A stretch of 32,000 nucleotides of DNA, from positions 780,001-812,000 of the forward strand of contig NZ_CP046578.1 of NCBI RefSeq assembly GCF_013365455.1, read 5' to 3'. Of this stretch, positions 28,909-32,000 are shown one piece after another. The notes under the pieces are model-generated. The model saw nothing but the letters and a program-made list of their open reading frames with translations. It was not told the origin of the DNA and did no database searches. Source of the DNA: Wolbachia endosymbiont of Dirofilaria (Dirofilaria) immitis (GTDB taxonomy: Bacteria > Pseudomonadota > Alphaproteobacteria > Rickettsiales > Anaplasmataceae). Each line of letters opens with the position of its first letter. Positions within the stretch are counted from its first letter, which is position 1. The position numbers and the translations under genes were made by a program.

Positions 28909-30673
28909 ACCAAATTTAAGTGAAGTAGTTTTTGGTATAGATCTTGGCACTACCAATTCTTTAATTGCTGCAGTTAATAAAGCTGGTAATGTGGAGATAT
29001 TTAAAGATGAGCAGGGAAGAGAGTTACTGCCCTCTGTCATTTCATATAAAAATAATATATTAAAAATAGGCTACGACGCTAGCTCAGATGCAATATATTC
29101 AGTAAAGCGCTTAATGGGCAAAAGTGTTAAAGATTTAAATAAAGGAGGTATCAATTTTGAAATAGATGAGGAAAGTGAAAAAGTTATTAGGATAAAATGC
29201 ACAGAGAATAGGTATCTTACTCCTGTTGAGATTTCTGCTGAGATATTGAAAGCTTTGTGTGAGAGAATAAAAAAGTCTACAGGGATGAAAGTAAAAAAAG
29301 CAGTAATTACTGTACCGGCTTATTTTGATGATTCAGCACGTAATGCAACAAAATATGCAGCAAAGTTAGCTGGTATAGAGGTTCTTCGCCTAATCAATGA
29401 GCCAACTGCTGCTGCGCTTTCTTACTCAATTGAAAAGAATAATACCAGTGGAATATATGCAGTTTATGACCTTGGTGGTGGAACATTTGATATTTCAATA
29501 TTAAAGTTACATCAAGGAGTGTTTCAAGTCCTTGCGGTTAACGGTGATATCGAACTTGGTGGTGATGATTTTGATCATCTACTAAGTTTAATTGTGCTAT
29601 CTAAGTATAGAGAAAAGACAAATTTAAGCGAAGAACGTCCTAATGTTATTACAATACGTGATATTGGGATTTATAATGTACGCATTGCAAAAGAATACCT
29701 AAGTAAAAATGCATCAGGCATTTTTACCTTTAACATCAACGGTGAATTATTTGAATGCAAAATCATCAAAGAAGAATTTGAACAGGCAATTACCCCCTTA
29801 GTTAACAGAACTATCGATATAGTTATTCGTACTATACATGATATAGATCTTAAAATTGATAATATAAAAGGAGTAATTTTAGTTGGTGGTGCAACTAAAG
29901 TGCCATTAGTACAAAATTCACTACTGACACTCTTTGGAAATAAAATACTGAGCAACGTAGATCCAGACAAAGCAGTCGTAATTGGAGCAGCTTTACAGGC
30001 TCACGTTTTAACTTCAGGCTCAAAAGATAAGAGTATTCTTCTCGACGTCCTACCCTTATCACTTGGCGTAGAAACTATAGGAGGAATAGTCGAAAAAATT
30101 ATACCAAGAAATACGCCACTACCAGTTTCAGAGACAAAAGAGTTTACAACTTATGCTCACGGGCAAACAGCAATGAAAATTCATGTTTGTCAGGGAGAAC
30201 GTGAAATGATAGAAGATAATAAGTCTCTAGCGCAGTTTGAGCTAAAAGGCATACCTCCACTACCTGCAGGTTCTGCAAAGGTTGAAATAGAATTTACAGT
30301 TAATGTTGACGGGATATTAGCTGTTACTGCAAGAGAAAAAAGCACTGGCATTGAACAGACAGTTGAAATAAATTCAAGCTTTGGCTTAAGTGAAGCTGAG
30401 ATTCAAGATATGGTTAACCAATCAATAAATAATTTTGATGAAGATATGAAAGCTCGCTCTCTTGCAGAAGCCAAAGTTAATGGAAATAAATTTATACATT
30501 TGATTGAAAGCAATAATAGTCTTTTTATTGACCAAAGATTAAAGAACTTACTACAAAACGCAAAAAATGCCTTACAGGAAAATGATCTAAATAAAATCAA
30601 TAATGCTATCACTGAGTTAGAAAACTTTTCTTTAAAGTTACGTAAATTAACAAATAGACAAAGTTCTACATGA
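28886..30673 (+). CDS. hscA: Fe-S cluster chaperone HscA (Hsp70 family)
   Basis: Hsp70 signatures GIDLGTTNS, AVITVPAYFDD, VYDLGGGTFDIS, ILVGGATKVP. HscA-type short C-terminus. GTG start, overlapping hscB by 23 nt. Confidence 0.92.
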   Translation: MQLTQVSEPNLSEVVFGIDLGTTNSLIAAVNKAGNVEIFKDEQGRELLPSVISYKNNILKIGYDASSDAIYSVKRLMGKSVKDLNKGGINFEIDEESEKVIRIKCTENRYLTPVEISAEILKALCERIKKSTGMKVKKAVITVPAYFDDSARNATKYAAKLAGIEVLRLINEPTAAALSYSIEKNNTSGIYAVYDLGGGTFDISILKLHQGVFQVLAVNGDIELGGDDFDHLLSLIVLSKYREKTNLSEERPNVITIRDIGIYNVRIAKEYLSKNASGIFTFNINGELFECKIIKEEFEQAITPLVNRTIDIVIRTIHDIDLKIDNIKGVILVGGATKVPLVQNSLLTLFGNKILSNVDPDKAVVIGAALQAHVLTSGSKDKSILLDVLPLSLGVETIGGIVEKIIPRNTPLPVSETKEFTTYAHGQTAMKIHVCQGEREMIEDNKSLAQFELKGIPPLPAGSAKVEIEFTVNVDGILAVTAREKSTGIEQTVEINSSFGLSEAEIQDMVNQSINNFDEDMKARSLAEAKVNGNKFIHLIESNNSLFIDQRLKNLLQNAKNALQENDLNKINNAITELENFSLKLRKLTNRQSST

Positions 30674-31421
30674 TGCTATGCAGTATCCTATTTAACCGCA
30701 AAGCAATAGGTATTCTAAAATTAAACGGTAACCAATCAACCTTTCTCAATTTAAACGATAAACCAACTATGCTTACACGCCCAATTATATTTTCCATTGG
30801 TACAAAACTAATTTCAGGAAATCTGCTATCAAAGGAATTATTTCTATTATCTCCTAAAACAAAAAATCGATTATTAGGAACATAATAAGCTGGGCTATTA
30901 TATGATAGTTCATTAGAAATACTATCTATTAAAATCTCATATTCTCTCTCATTTGGAAGTGTTTCTACGTATCTTGGTATGCTACGATTTAACTCATAGT
31001 CAAAGAAGTCTTCAACCCGTTTTCGCTTTACTTTCTGATTATTGAGGTATAGTTCTCCTTCTATCATTTGCACTTTATCACCTGGTATCCCTATTACCCG
31101 CTTAACAAACCTGATGCTGTCGTTTCTTGCAGGTTTAAAAACTATTATATCACCACGCTTTGGAGAAGTATAAAAGATTCTACTGTCAAAAACGTTCGGA
31201 GAAAACGGAAAGGAGTATCTACTGTAACCATATGAATATTTACTAGCAAAAATATAATCCCCCTCAAGCAGAGTGCTTTTCATAGAACCAGAATAGATAT
31301 GAAATGGCTCAAATAAAAAACTACGTACTGATAGCGCAATTAGCAACAAAAAAAATAATGAAGATAAAAACCTTCCTGTTCTCACTACCCAATCTTTCCT
31401 TAATTCCCTCAACTTTTTCAA
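30666..31421 (-). CDS. lepB: Signal peptidase I
   Basis: N-terminal TM anchor. Catalytic Ser box SGSMKSTLLEGD. Lys box FVKRVIGIPGDKV. C-terminal GDNRNNSFDSR. Apparent TTG start. The 3' end overlaps the hscA 3' end by 8 nt (convergent). Confidence 0.9.
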   Translation of the reverse strand: MKKLRELRKDWVVRTGRFLSSLFFLLLIALSVRSFLFEPFHIYSGSMKSTLLEGDYIFASKYSYGYSRYSFPFSPNVFDSRIFYTSPKRGDIIVFKPARNDSIRFVKRVIGIPGDKVQMIEGELYLNNQKVKRKRVEDFFDYELNRSIPRYVETLPNEREYEILIDSISNELSYNSPAYYVPNNRFFVLGDNRNNSFDSRFPEISFVPMENIIGRVSIVGLSFKLRKVDWLPFNFRIPIALRLNRILHSIM

Positions 31422-32000
31422 CTTTGCTTTTCCTATAAATGAAATTTATTATACCATGTAAAAGTGGCAACGCAAAATTTACTCATGGATGTTATTTCCC
31501 TGCTACTAAATCTGAATTACATAAATTAGCTTCACTACTTACACTTTAAAAAGCTTTTGTTACCTGCTTTGAATAATAAATATTTGAAATTAATAAAAGC
31601 TAAAATATTAGCTAAAATTTATAAACTATACTTAATAAATAAGGGAATTCAATATACTTTACCTAATATAGCAAAGATTAAACTTCAGTATGTCGGTCAC
31701 TTTAGGTTGCAGACATTAAAGGAATTATTCGCTTCTACAAAAAACAGAAACATTAAAGAGTTTTTTTTAGGATAACAATAAAATTAACGATAAAAGTGCA
31801 AAAAAAATCAGTTGAACTAACATATTTACTTTGCTTGAGTTAAAGAATAGCAAAATTAGTAAAAATAATAAGCTGTCTATTATAATTGCTTATGCTGGCT
31901 TACTGGTTGAATTTAGATATAACTTCATATGGGGCTGTTGCCTTACCTCCCAGCTATTTTGTGTCACTGGAGTAAAAAAACTTAGGCAAGCTTTCAAACA

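Noticed and set aside
526-30885. Many 60-106 aa ORFs lie antisense to or out of frame with strong genes. Examples: 526-741, 1405-1605, 2585-2776, 9581-9850, 9866-10048, 11524-11799, 12207-12407, 13742-14207, 14490-14890, 15172-15744, 17724-18029, 18463-18723, 22467-23047, 24928-25110, 27683-27898, 28148-28574, 28668-28913, 29671-29970, 30403-30612 and 30670-30885.
   Set aside because: They are shadow ORFs inside well-supported CDS on the other strand or frame. They have low-complexity, Leu/Ser/Phe/Ile-rich translations with no motifs.
31557-31775. 72-aa plus-strand ORF upstream of lepB.
   Set aside because: It has a TTG start and a Lys/Leu/Ile/Asn low-complexity translation typical of AT-rich non-coding DNA. 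It has no motif and no SD.
1-32000. Search for tRNA, rRNA, tmRNA, RNase P RNA, 4.5S RNA, CRISPR arrays, tandem repeats and IS/transposase remnants.
   Set aside because: I saw no T-loop-like GTTCGAATC/GTTCAAATC in a tRNA context. I saw no conserved RNase P or SRP RNA boxes, no regularly spaced repeats, and no transposase-like ORFs. A by-eye scan cannot exclude small or divergent RNAs; tRNAscan-SE or Infernal should be run.

Overview
Very AT-rich window (roughly 70% A+T by eye, not computed). The gene content looks like a reduced obligate-intracellular alphaproteobacterium, Rickettsiales/Anaplasmataceae-like. My best guess is an Ehrlichia-type genome, based on the housekeeping set, a duplicated virB4 and very long non-coding spacers; this is inference, not a database result. 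I accept about 22 intact CDS: sucB, a P-loop kinase-like ORF, tsaB, sodB, an M16 peptidase, cytochrome b561, an NMO/FabK-like oxidoreductase, a three-gene virB4-centred module, pdhC, trpS, grpE, ispB, rpsP, ftsY, iscU-iscA-hscB-hscA and lepB. There is also one clearly frameshifted KAP-family P-loop NTPase pseudogene. Adding the accepted CDS lengths gives about 20 kb of 32 kb (about 63-64%). The rest is ORF-poor DNA in unusually long tracts: 3.2 kb, 1.4 kb, and several of 0.6-1.0 kb. I saw no rRNA, tRNA, CRISPR array, IS element or obvious tandem repeat. The most interesting candidate is the module at 11516-17131. It holds a small signal-peptide protein with a pilin-like hydrophobic hairpin, then a VirB4 paralogue whose Walker A lysine is replaced by arginine. 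A 948-aa exported protein with 34 cysteines follows, translationally coupled to virB4, with internal repeats and a C-terminal glycine-rich domain; I cannot assign it to any T4SS family. Secondary observations are an HscB lacking the J-domain HPD tripeptide, a second P-loop protein with a Lys-to-Arg Walker A, the decaying KAP NTPase, and C-over-G asymmetry in the non-coding tracts I sampled.
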